A program made the translations under genes and the position numbers. Of a DNA stretch of 64,000 nucleotides, positions 8,322-17,306 are shown piece by piece. The notes under the pieces are model-generated. The model saw only the letters and a program-made list of their open reading frames with translations, had not been told where the DNA came from and made no database searches. Each line of letters opens with the position of its first letter. Position 1 is the first letter of the stretch. The DNA comes from a virus: the IMG/VR virus record IMGVR_UViG_3300036828_000547, positions 1-64,000 of that record; one strand, 5' to 3'.

Positions 8322-9433
8322 TCCTTGCTGCTGGCATTTTGTTTCGTTCACCTGCGGGTAAGGTTCTATTTTGTAGGAGGACTGATGGTGAAGGATGGGC
8401 GTTTCCCGGTGGAGTAAAGAAAGATCATGAAACGATTGAGCAGTGTGCCATACGTGAATGTATGGAAGAAACTGGTTATCGTGCCGGTCATCATGGAAAC
8501 TTCCTCTGTAGAAGGGTCAACGGTAATGTGGACTTCACCACCTTTTTATATGAGTGTGATGATGAATTCATTCCTAAGTTTAATCATGAGCACGATTCCT
8601 TTGTATGGGTAGATCCAAATTACGCGGGCAGCTTGAATATGCATCCTGGCTGCTTAATTGCTCTGCGTAAAATGAAGGGTATGACCGAATTGGAGTTGGC
8701 TGAGGCTATTCGGGATGAGGAATTAACATCTCCACAGTTTGTAGAAAATATATGTCTAGTGGATATGCGAATTAGTGGTACAGGATTTAGTTATAGGCCG
8801 AAACTCAATGAATGGGTCTACAGACGTGACACCGTATATCTTACTCCTGAGTTTCTGCAACGTTGCAATGGCCTCCCAATTATTATGGATCATCCTGATT
8901 CACAGATTCTTAACTCTGACGAATTTGCAAAACGAGTTGTTGGTACGATGTCTCTTCCCTACATTAAGGGAGATGATGTCTGGGGAGTGGCACGAATCTA
9001 TGATAAAGATGCTGTGGAAATGATAGTAAATAACCAGATGTCTACTTCTCCAAGTGTTATTTTTAGGGACACTGGTGTCAATTATACTATAGAGCTTGAA
9101 GATGGTGGGACATTATTGGTTGAGGGCAAACCAAGCTTCGTGGATCATTTAGCAATTTGTGAAAAAGGCGTGTGGGATAAGGGTGGAGATGCAAGTGGTA
9201 TTCGGATAGACTCTGAGGCTGCTGGTCAACCTTTGGAACAGGTAGTAACTGCAAAGAAGGATGCAAGTGAGCCGCCGGCTCCATCTTTACCACTTCCAGC
9301 AGCGGAATCTGGATCACCTACTCCTAACATGCAAGGTATTCCACCCGATTTGTTTGAATTTGCTGATGGACTTAGTAAGCTTGCTGATCGAATAGATAAG
9401 TTTGTATCGAGAAGAGACTTAATGGTTCGTTGA
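8318..9433 (+). CDS. NUDIX hydrolase fused to DUF2213-type prohead protease
   Basis: intact Nudix box GVKKDHETIEQCAIRECMEETGY; C-terminal LPIIMDHP..STSPSV..DHLAICEKGVWDKGG. Confidence 0.85.
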   Translation: MILAAGILFRSPAGKVLFCRRTDGEGWAFPGGVKKDHETIEQCAIRECMEETGYRAGHHGNFLCRRVNGNVDFTTFLYECDDEFIPKFNHEHDSFVWVDPNYAGSLNMHPGCLIALRKMKGMTELELAEAIRDEELTSPQFVENICLVDMRISGTGFSYRPKLNEWVYRRDTVYLTPEFLQRCNGLPIIMDHPDSQILNSDEFAKRVVGTMSLPYIKGDDVWGVARIYDKDAVEMIVNNQMSTSPSVIFRDTGVNYTIELEDGGTLLVEGKPSFVDHLAICEKGVWDKGGDASGIRIDSEAAGQPLEQVVTAKKDASEPPAPSLPLPAAESGSPTPNMQGIPPDLFEFADGLSKLADRIDKFVSRRDLMVR

Positions 9434-9491
9434 AGTCGGTCGTGCGGTGTCGTACGATTTATGAAGTAGCTGCTAACATTAGGAGGTTATC

Positions 9492-10496
9492 ATGGCAGCA
9501 GGTAGCGCAAGCGTCGACACTCTACTCGCCGACGCAATTTCTAAAATGGATGGACTTTCAAAGAGAATGGATGCTCTTGAAACAGGAGAAGGGAGTAAGA
9601 ACCCTATTAAGGGTGATGCTGTCAAGAAATCTGATGATGACGATGATAAGAAGAATGATGCAGTCAAAAAGGCTGATGATGACGACGATAAGAAAGATGA
9701 CGCCACCAAACCTAAGACTCACATCTGTGATGATGATGATGACAAAAAGGATGATGCAGCAACAGTGAAGTTTGGTGATGATGGTGAGCTCGAGATTAAA
9801 CACGAGCCTGGAGAAAAGAAAGGCGACAAAAAGAAGAAGTCAGATTCTGTAAAGGCAGATTCGAAGAAAGCAGATGCCAAGAAGGCTGATGCCAAAAAGG
9901 CTGATGCCAAAAAGGCTGATGATGATGACGACGACGATGACAAAAAGGATGATGACACCAAAGATGATGATGACGATGATGATAAGAAGGATGATGCTGT
10001 TAAGGCTGATTCCGTCTCTGATTTGCGTCGTCAAATGGCTGAACAATCGGCAACCATCAGGCGTCTTGAGTCCTTGATGAAACCCAAAAGTGATGATGAA
10101 CATGCTGCTTTTGCGGATGCTCAAGCTCGAGCTGATACGGTCTTCAATGGTTTTGGGCAACGAGCGCCTCGGCCTCTTGAGGGCGAAGCTCTTGTTGACT
10201 ATCGCAAGAGGCTCGCTACGAAGTTGAAGAGCTATTCACCGGCCTGGAAGAATGTTAAGTTCTCCGTGCTTCCGGAAGAGGCTTTCAGTATTGCGGAAAC
10301 TCAAGTATATTCAGACGCAACCGCAGCAGCTTCTAGTCCGACGGATCTTGGGGCTGGTGAACTTAGAATGGTTACGAAGGTCGACCCAACAACCGGCGTT
10401 CGGACCAATGTCTTCTACGGAAAGGAGTCGTTTGTCAAAGCAATGGGTCGTCCGGGACGAAGGGTTGCCTCCTTCCGTACCTTGGCTTCTCAGTAA
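9492..10496 (+). CDS. capsid scaffolding protein
   Basis: AGGAGG RBS; D/K low-complexity tracts; position between protease and capsid genes. Confidence 0.75.
   Translation: MAAGSASVDTLLADAISKMDGLSKRMDALETGEGSKNPIKGDAVKKSDDDDDKKNDAVKKADDDDDKKDDATKPKTHICDDDDDKKDDAATVKFGDDGELEIKHEPGEKKGDKKKKSDSVKADSKKADAKKADAKKADAKKADDDDDDDDKKDDDTKDDDDDDDKKDDAVKADSVSDLRRQMAEQSATIRRLESLMKPKSDDEHAAFADAQARADTVFNGFGQRAPRPLEGEALVDYRKRLATKLKSYSPAWKNVKFSVLPEEAFSIAETQVYSDATAAASSPTDLGAGELRMVTKVDPTTGVRTNVFYGKESFVKAMGRPGRRVASFRTLASQ
9615..10010 (+). repeat. coding tandem repeats (KKADA, DDDDDKKDD)
   Basis: AAGGCTGATGCCAAA-type 15-mers and GAT/GAC runs. Confidence 0.85.
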
Positions 10497-10526
10497 ACCT
10501 GACCAGCATAAGGAAGGATAACTCAC

Positions 10527-11168
10527 ATGGCAGCGAATATAGCCTTCAACCCTTACATTCAGACCTCTGCGGCCGGGATGTTCAACATTGAGTCCGACGG
10601 GTTTATTGTCGGAACAGCTATGCCTGATCCAGCAGCACGGTTCGCGCTGTCTGGCGGCTGGCTTGCACAAGCGGAGACCCTGCCGATGTTCGGTGGTGTT
10701 GCGATTAATGAGAGTGTTCCACTTGAACGAACCACTGCCCCGGCAACTCCGACTCGTCCGGATATTTCCTTGGGCGGTATCATTGCTCGTGCGACTACTC
10801 TAGCGGCTGGGGCCGGAAGTGTTACCGGGTTCAGTGTCTTCGATCAGAACTATGCGGCAGTGAATACACCACAATCACCAGTTCCTGTTGTTGGAAGCGG
10901 TGGTATGGTGAATTTCTATCGTCTTGGTTCTGGTGCTCGTGTTGCATTGGCAATCGATCCGGCGTTGGTGACTTTGGAGGGTGGTTTGATTACCCAACAA
11001 GTCTCCTGGGATTTCTCTCTCCAAAGGATTATTGCCTTTGCAACCAATGCTCTCGCCGTCAAGATCTTACAGATCAAGTCGTCGGGATGTATGCTTCCGG
11101 TTTATACTTCTGGAACCGGCTTTACTACCTGGAACTATAATGGAGCAGCCGCTCTTTGTCTTTTGTAA
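10527..11168 (+). CDS. capsid decoration/cement protein
   Basis: immediately upstream of MCP; PMFGGVAINE and VNFYRLGSGARV motifs. Confidence 0.7.
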   Translation: MAANIAFNPYIQTSAAGMFNIESDGFIVGTAMPDPAARFALSGGWLAQAETLPMFGGVAINESVPLERTTAPATPTRPDISLGGIIARATTLAAGAGSVTGFSVFDQNYAAVNTPQSPVPVVGSGGMVNFYRLGSGARVALAIDPALVTLEGGLITQQVSWDFSLQRIIAFATNALAVKILQIKSSGCMLPVYTSGTGFTTWNYNGAAALCLL

Positions 11169-11221
11169 CCGCTTAACCTGAAGGCCGGGGCCAACTCTGG
11201 CCTAACCCATAGGAGTGAACG

Positions 11222-12244
11222 ATGGCCAATATCTCCCCGGCATTCGTTCAGGTACATCCATCTTATATGATGCCTGACACATTGATGCCGTATTCTCAAG
11301 CATCTGGTGCTTTTGAGTTGCTCGCTTCTGGTGCGCCGCTCATTAGACTATCAGATGGTGATCTATATGCTTACATCAAGCGTGTAGATCTTCGTACTCG
11401 GATGGCTGCTGGTCAGTCGGCTTATAACCAACTGCCCGGTGTCAATTTTGCACTGTCGCAAATCAGTGCTCCGACGTACCTGTTGCGTGTTCGTGCTGAA
11501 TATGATCATCACGATACCGCAGCTATGGCTCGGTGGGGTCTTTCTATTGTGGATGCTCACCGGCTTGGTATGCGTCAGGCAACATTCCAGCTTATTCGGA
11601 ATGGTCTGTTGTTTGGGTTCAATCCCGCCAATGGTGAGGGATTGGTCAATGCTTCAGGCGCGACGGCTATCACCCTCCCGGCTGATAGTGCCGGGAACAC
11701 GACCGTTGTGACTTACGACAATGGTCAAATGGCATTTTTCATTATTTCTCAGATCAGTGCCATAAAAACCAGAACAAATCAGCTTGGCATTGGGCGCAAG
11801 TTTGTTGTCGTGGGTCCGCAGAGGACCCTTGGTGCAATGGAATACCAGAACATTGTTCAGCTCACCAGCTATCAGCGTGTTGGGGCTGGTTCGACCAGCA
11901 CGGCGGGCGTGGTGAAAGATGTTTTGGAAATGAACGATGATGATATCGTCTGGGCCTATGATGATACGCTTATTGGCAAAGGCGCTGGAGGTAATGATGC
12001 AATCCTTGTTGTTATGCCGGAAGTTGAGCAGCCCAAGGGAGGCGCAATTAATACCAACGAGTTTGCAAAACTGACTCCTTCTCTGTCGGCCTGTACTCTT
12101 CAACTTGCTGACATGGCAGCACCGAAAGAAATTCCAGTACCTCTTGCTGGTGGTGCGATTGACGTGCTTGCAGAACAACGTGTTACTTCTGGATGGGCAG
12201 TTCGTCCTGAAGCAGTTACAATTGTGACGATGCAGTATCAGTAA
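11222..12244 (+). CDS. major capsid protein (DUF2184-like, HK97 fold)
   Basis: 340 aa; AGGAG RBS; RVTSGWAVRPEA C-terminus; gene order. Confidence 0.85.
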   Translation: MANISPAFVQVHPSYMMPDTLMPYSQASGAFELLASGAPLIRLSDGDLYAYIKRVDLRTRMAAGQSAYNQLPGVNFALSQISAPTYLLRVRAEYDHHDTAAMARWGLSIVDAHRLGMRQATFQLIRNGLLFGFNPANGEGLVNASGATAITLPADSAGNTTVVTYDNGQMAFFIISQISAIKTRTNQLGIGRKFVVVGPQRTLGAMEYQNIVQLTSYQRVGAGSTSTAGVVKDVLEMNDDDIVWAYDDTLIGKGAGGNDAILVVMPEVEQPKGGAINTNEFAKLTPSLSACTLQLADMAAPKEIPVPLAGGAIDVLAEQRVTSGWAVRPEAVTIVTMQYQ

Positions 12245-12245
12245 T

Positions 12246-12365
12246 CTGTACCTTCCATCGTGCGGAACTACGAGTCCGATAAGATGTAGGTACAGCTCTG
12301 CGTCAGCACGAAGAAACGTGCTTCAAACTGTAGGGACGACTGTAAGCGTCCGGCGCAGACAGTTT
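12246..12365 (+). ncRNA. candidate structured RNA element (hairpin plus 3-way junction/pseudoknot)
   Basis: five complementary stem pairs within 120 nt; see findings. Confidence 0.5.
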
Positions 12366-12383
12366 TAAATAGGGAGAACAACC

Positions 12384-12926
12384 ATGCCTGAATTATTTAT
12401 CGGAAACGTATCGAAGCAAATTCAACAGTTTTCGTATCGTTCACCAGAACGACCGGGTGTTATTGTTCAGACTATCCCGATCGGTGGGCAAATTCGTATT
12501 TCACCAAATGGTTCTCATACTGATTTGAGTACCCCTGAAATTGATGCGATTATTAGTCAGCATCGCACCTATGGGCTGGTAGAAATAGATGAAATCGATA
12601 GTAAACAGAGTCCATTTAATGGAGTTTGTTATTCTATTGGTAAGCCGATGTCTGTAGAAAAGTTGCGTCGGGCAATGCTGAAAAAGGATGAGGCGTTGAA
12701 AGCCTTTGGGTCAAAGCTTAGGCAAGAAGCTGCTCTTGCTGTTAATTCTCAGATCGAAGAACAGATTGGTGCTCCGTTACGCGAATTGGAAATGAGTTTT
12801 CAGGAAGTAGAACCTAAAGGTGGGTACTCAGAAGAAATGGATCACATTGCTGAAGGTGTTCGTGTCACCAGATCCCAGCAAGAAGGTGTTACTTCCCTCG
12901 ATACAGGACGTCGTAGCCGCCGATGA
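12384..12926 (+). CDS. conserved virion-operon protein downstream of MCP
   Basis: LFIGNVSKQ...F.YR.PE pattern; GGGAG RBS. Confidence 0.75.
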   Translation: MPELFIGNVSKQIQQFSYRSPERPGVIVQTIPIGGQIRISPNGSHTDLSTPEIDAIISQHRTYGLVEIDEIDSKQSPFNGVCYSIGKPMSVEKLRRAMLKKDEALKAFGSKLRQEAALAVNSQIEEQIGAPLRELEMSFQEVEPKGGYSEEMDHIAEGVRVTRSQQEGVTSLDTGRRSRR

Positions 12927-13447
12927 ATGATATTGTTCTGGTAGAGCCAAGAACGCTACCTCCGGTTGGATTACCAGCGGGAGATCCTACTTTTGTGGGA
13001 TTCCAGTGGTTTGTTGCTAATATCATGGGTATTCCTACTGCTTCTATACCTCCTGCCTCTTGGCTTCAAGTTGCTTATGATGAAGCTATTAATCTAACAT
13101 ATTGGGCGTTAGATACTGTTCCTAGTCAACCAACTACTCCTTCTATTTATGCCTTTGCAGTCTATAATCTAGGATGTGCAATGTTGTTGGAGTTTGCTCA
13201 GGATGATCCTACGGCACAACCACCAAGCACATTCTGGTCTGATTTACGAACAAAATTAGGAATGAATTCATTTTCACCTGGATTGATAACCAGTGCATCA
13301 GATCAAGGTACTGCTGAAAGCATGTACATACCTGAACAAATAAAGGGTATGACTATGATGGATTTGCAGTTGGCGAAGTCACCATGGGGCCGGAAGTATC
13401 TAATGATTGCTGGTCAGTGGGGCTCAATCTGGGGTATTACATTTTGA
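12923..13447 (+). CDS. head-tail adaptor (DUF4054-like)
   Basis: AVYNLG..LL, GLITSASDQGT, KSPWGRKYL motifs. Confidence 0.75.
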   Translation: MNDIVLVEPRTLPPVGLPAGDPTFVGFQWFVANIMGIPTASIPPASWLQVAYDEAINLTYWALDTVPSQPTTPSIYAFAVYNLGCAMLLEFAQDDPTAQPPSTFWSDLRTKLGMNSFSPGLITSASDQGTAESMYIPEQIKGMTMMDLQLAKSPWGRKYLMIAGQWGSIWGITF

Positions 13448-13962
13448 AATTACATCTTGGTTTCGAGGATCATGCATACGATGTTCGATACGAGGAGTTA
13501 TCTCCATTAGCTCGTTCGACCAAAAGCAACCGTCCAAAGGTAATGAGTCGTGCTCAGCAAGCATATGGACAGGGTAAAACGACACGTGAAGTTGCTGCTG
13601 AATTAGAAACCAAGTATAAAATTGTAGAAACGTTTTGGGAATTAGAAGAAGATAACTTTATTGAAGTGCTGGAGGATGCATTTGCTGAGGATCTTGAAGA
13701 AGTTATGCAAATGTCAACAACTGTTAAGGGACCTGTACTGACGAAAGAAACAGAAAAAATCGAGGCTAAATTCAGGCGAAATCTCTCTAACCGAAGATAT
13801 GATGGTATAATTCCTGGGTTCCCAACAACAGCCGCACAAAAAGGTGTTTCACATCTTCGAAAACATCCCTATGCAAAAAGCAATCCCTCCAGGCCAAGCG
13901 CCATTGATACAGGGATGTATATGCGAAGCTTTAGAGCATGGGTGGAGGAAACAGATGAATAG
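13444..13962 (+). CDS. neck/tail completion protein
   Basis: TTGA overlap start; RPSAIDTGMYMRSFRAWV motif. Confidence 0.65.
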   Translation: MKLHLGFEDHAYDVRYEELSPLARSTKSNRPKVMSRAQQAYGQGKTTREVAAELETKYKIVETFWELEEDNFIEVLEDAFAEDLEEVMQMSTTVKGPVLTKETEKIEAKFRRNLSNRRYDGIIPGFPTTAAQKGVSHLRKHPYAKSNPSRPSAIDTGMYMRSFRAWVEETDE

Positions 13963-13971
13963 GAGGATATC

Positions 13972-14202
13972 ATGATTGATATCGCAATAAATCTCCTTTG
14001 GATTCTCATAGGTGTCATCGTCATTTGTGCGGTAATCTATTTTGTGTTTTATGTTCTTCGATCTGTTATGCAAATTCCAATTCCGCAGCGAATTGAACAA
14101 GCAGTGTGGTTGATCGTACTTATCCTTGTTATCATCGCATTGTTGTCGTTGCTCGCTGGGGGTGGCGGCAATTTGCACTTTCCAAGACTCTCGGTCCACT
14201 GA
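13972..14202 (+). CDS. two-TM membrane protein, possible holin
   Basis: AGGAGG RBS; two hydrophobic helices. Confidence 0.65.
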   Translation: MIDIAINLLWILIGVIVICAVIYFVFYVLRSVMQIPIPQRIEQAVWLIVLILVIIALLSLLAGGGGNLHFPRLSVH

Positions 14203-14262
14203 CATTGAGGTAATGCCGCCGATCCCGCCGGGACCACCAAATATCTGCAAGGGATGTTAGCT

Positions 14263-14364
14263 ATGAGGTTCGGTCCATTGGATAATGCAAAACGCTCGAC
14301 GTGGGTCTTGGTTGGTGTCGTCGTAATAGTTGTCGTTATAGTTATCATTTTAATATCACGGTGA
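14263..14364 (+). CDS. 33-aa single-TM peptide
   Basis: manual translation MRFGPLDNAKRSTWVLVGVVVIVVVIVIILISR*. Confidence 0.45.
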   Translation: MRFGPLDNAKRSTWVLVGVVVIVVVIVIILISR

Positions 14365-14367
14365 TCT

Positions 14368-14640
14368 ATGGCTAGTTGGGTTCTACCATACCCTGCTCAG
14401 TTACCGCAGGATTACTATGCAAAGGGATTGCCTCCAGCATCTGTTCCTGTTCCTCCTGTTGTTGTGACTTCTCCTGCTCCTATTCCTGTTCCTCCTGCTA
14501 CAGTGAGCAGTGGTGGTGTTTATTATGGACCTACTCCACCAGATGATCCACAGTATGGCTGGCTTTGGACTATGGGACAAGGTCGTCTTTTCGTGTATAT
14601 GGAACCCGGTGTTTGGACTCAGGTATCTACGAACTGGTAA
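14368..14640 (+). CDS. Pro-rich fibre-associated protein
   Basis: GPTPPDDPQYGWLW...GRLFVY...W resembles fibre/adaptor repeats. Confidence 0.55.
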   Translation: MASWVLPYPAQLPQDYYAKGLPPASVPVPPVVVTSPAPIPVPPATVSSGGVYYGPTPPDDPQYGWLWTMGQGRLFVYMEPGVWTQVSTNW

Positions 14641-14646
14641 TATCTG

Positions 14647-17298
14647 ATGAACGCTCCATTTCGTCGCAATACTGTTACTCCTCTTGCTGCTTGGACCGAC
14701 TTTACCCCAGTCGGTCCATGGGCGGATGGGACTACTGTTGTTCGTAATCTTGATGGTATCGGATTTACGTATTCTGCTTCTTTAAATGCTTTGATTGTTA
14801 TTCCGAATGAATCTTTTAGTATAAAGGATGCGAATAATTTTATTGTTCAAAATCTACCAGCACCGACTAATGGAGGTGACGCAGCAAACAAGACCTATGT
14901 AGATGGTCATGCCGGTGGTGGTGGACTTGCCGATGCACCATCCGACAGTACTCTCTATGGTCGTATGAATGCTACTTGGACACATGCTGTTCCACTAGCT
15001 GGTGGAACAATGACAGGGTTACTTACTCTTTCTGCTGATCCTACAGCACCGCTTGGAGCGGTGACTAAACAATATTCTGATCTAAAAGCACCTTTAGCTT
15101 CTCCAACTTTCACTGGTGTTCCAGCGGCTCCAACTCCTGCCACTGTTGATAATAGTACAAAGATTTCAACAACTGCTTTTGTAAAGGCTCAAGGTTATCT
15201 AGTCACTAATGCAACAATTACTCTTTCTGGTGATATCAGTGGTTCTGGTACTACAGCTATTTCTGCAATACTCGCAACGGTCAATAGCAATGTAGGAACA
15301 TATCAAGGAATTACAGTCAATGGCAAGGGGCTCGTCACAGGCGCTGTGAATATGAGCTATGCGCCATTGGCTTCGCCTACCTTTACAGGTGTCCCAGCCG
15401 CTCCTACTCCAGCCACTGCTGACAATAGCACGACTTTAGCAACGACTGCTTTTGTTAAAGCTCAAGGTTATTTAATTACTAACCAAACGATCACATTATC
15501 TGGTGATATTTCAGGCACAGGCACAGGCGCAATCACTACAACATTACCGACTGTCAACAGCAATGTAGGAACATTTCAAGGTATCACGGTTAATGGTAAA
15601 GGTCTAGTTACTGGTGCAGTGAATATGAGTTATGCACTGGCGTCTTCAGTTCCGTCTCCATCAGGCACAACTCCTATTATGGATGGAACTGCTGCTGCTG
15701 GTGTCGCAGTCGCTTATTCTAGAGGAGATCACGTACACCCTACAGATACAACGCGAGCACCTCTAGCTTCTCCGACATTTACAGGAACTCCAGCCGCTCC
15801 AACCCCAGCGACTGCTGATAATAGCACAACAATTCCAACAACTGCTTTTGTAAAGGCTCAAGGTTATCTTATCGGAAACCAAACTGTCACGTTGTCTGGA
15901 GATGTTACCGGTTCTGGCGCGACTGCGATTACGACTGCAATTGCTGCGAATGCTGTCACTAATGCTAAGATGGCAACGGCTCCTGCTTTTACTTTGAAGG
16001 GTAATGCGACTGGAAGTGTTGCCGCTCCTCAAGATTTTACAATTGCTGGTTTGACAGCTAAGGCGACTCCAGTAGCTGCTGATAGTCTTTTACTATCCGA
16101 TAGTGCAGCATCTGGTGCTCTAAAACAAATTCTTTGGTCTTCATTGCCGAGTGGTGGAGGTGGTATTACTGATGCACCTTCTGACAGTACATATTATGGT
16201 CGTTTCAATGGAACATGGGCAAATGTTCTCCCACTTACTGGTTCAGCGGTGCGTTATGATATTACACAGTCACTAACAGCGTCGCAATTAGTCCAAGCAC
16301 GACAGAATATCTACGCTGCACCATTCGATGCACTTGCCTATAATGGAATACAGATTAATGGCTCGATGGAGGTCAGCCAGCAGTGGGGAACGACCGCTAC
16401 AACCGGTGGGTATACTATCGATGGATGGGTGGGGGCCGTTAGCGGAACGATGGTCCTATCGTGCGCGCAAGTGGCAGATGCTCCTTCGGGTTACAGTAAT
16501 TCGTTCAAGATTTCTGTCACGACTGCGGAGGCGTCGCTGGGGGCGAATGACTATGCGGCTATTTTCCAGATCATGGAAGGTTTTCGGACTTCACGCCTTG
16601 CTTTCGGGAAAGCGACGGCGCAGCCGATCTCGATTGGGTTCTGGACAAAAATCCACCGCACCGGTATGTATTCAGGATCAATCCGTAATTCTCCATCCAA
16701 CCGTTCCTACCCGTTCTCGTTCACCCAAAATGTTGCTGACACTTGGGAATACAAGACGATTACGATCCCCGGTGATGTTACCGGAACGTGGACTGGTAAT
16801 ACGAATGCGGCGAGTTTTATCCTGACTCTTAGCATGGCCTGCGGAACCACATATCAAGCTACAGCCGGGGCATGGACAGGAGTGGGCCAGTCTTTCGCAG
16901 TTACAGGCACCACCAACGGCGTCGCCGCGACGACCGACACTTTCCAGATCACTGGTGTGGTTGTTCTCCCAGGCATCGAGCTTCCATTGGCCGCCCGCGC
17001 GCCGTTTATCATGCGGCCATTCGATGAAGAATTGCGGATATGTCAGCGTTATTATGAAGTCAGTGTGAGTGGTGTCTCGCAGTTTCCTGCTGCTGGGACG
17101 GGCACGATGATTTATTCTTGGCATGAAACGAAGAGAATTAATCCCACTGCTGCCTTCATAACTGGTCCTAGTTACTCAAATGCGAATAGTGCTGTTATCA
17201 ATTCTGCTAATGTGGATATGTATGTTCTACAATTTACAACCACCGCTATCGGAGGCTATATATTTGGAATGGTAGTTTCCGGAGATGCGAGACTCTAG
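14647..17298 (+). CDS. long fibre protein (neck/head or tail fibre)
   Basis: DAANKTYVD and PLASPTFTG fibre repeats, two foldon-like DAPSD..YGR...W motifs, C-terminal beta-sandwich. Confidence 0.8.
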   Translation: MNAPFRRNTVTPLAAWTDFTPVGPWADGTTVVRNLDGIGFTYSASLNALIVIPNESFSIKDANNFIVQNLPAPTNGGDAANKTYVDGHAGGGGLADAPSDSTLYGRMNATWTHAVPLAGGTMTGLLTLSADPTAPLGAVTKQYSDLKAPLASPTFTGVPAAPTPATVDNSTKISTTAFVKAQGYLVTNATITLSGDISGSGTTAISAILATVNSNVGTYQGITVNGKGLVTGAVNMSYAPLASPTFTGVPAAPTPATADNSTTLATTAFVKAQGYLITNQTITLSGDISGTGTGAITTTLPTVNSNVGTFQGITVNGKGLVTGAVNMSYALASSVPSPSGTTPIMDGTAAAGVAVAYSRGDHVHPTDTTRAPLASPTFTGTPAAPTPATADNSTTIPTTAFVKAQGYLIGNQTVTLSGDVTGSGATAITTAIAANAVTNAKMATAPAFTLKGNATGSVAAPQDFTIAGLTAKATPVAADSLLLSDSAASGALKQILWSSLPSGGGGITDAPSDSTYYGRFNGTWANVLPLTGSAVRYDITQSLTASQLVQARQNIYAAPFDALAYNGIQINGSMEVSQQWGTTATTGGYTIDGWVGAVSGTMVLSCAQVADAPSGYSNSFKISVTTAEASLGANDYAAIFQIMEGFRTSRLAFGKATAQPISIGFWTKIHRTGMYSGSIRNSPSNRSYPFSFTQNVADTWEYKTITIPGDVTGTWTGNTNAASFILTLSMACGTTYQATAGAWTGVGQSFAVTGTTNGVAATTDTFQITGVVVLPGIELPLAARAPFIMRPFDEELRICQRYYEVSVSGVSQFPAAGTGTMIYSWHETKRINPTAAFITGPSYSNANSAVINSANVDMYVLQFTTTAIGGYIFGMVVSGDARL
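15088..15950 (+). repeat. three internal fibre repeats (about 91 aa, third partial)
   Basis: APLASPTFTG.PAAPTPAT.DNST...TTAFVKAQGYL..N.T.TLSGD at 15088, 15361 and 15757. Confidence 0.85.
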
Positions 17299-17306
17299 AG
17301 AGAACA

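Noticed and set aside
9430-10160. Overlapping alternative ORFs with poly-M, poly-S or poly-I
   Set aside because: Shadow frames of the GAT/GAC repeats in the scaffold gene.
15088-15950. Repeats as CRISPR array or DGR template/variable pair
   Set aside because: In-frame protein repeats with mostly synonymous divergence; no unique spacers, adenine-specific pattern or reverse transcriptase seen.
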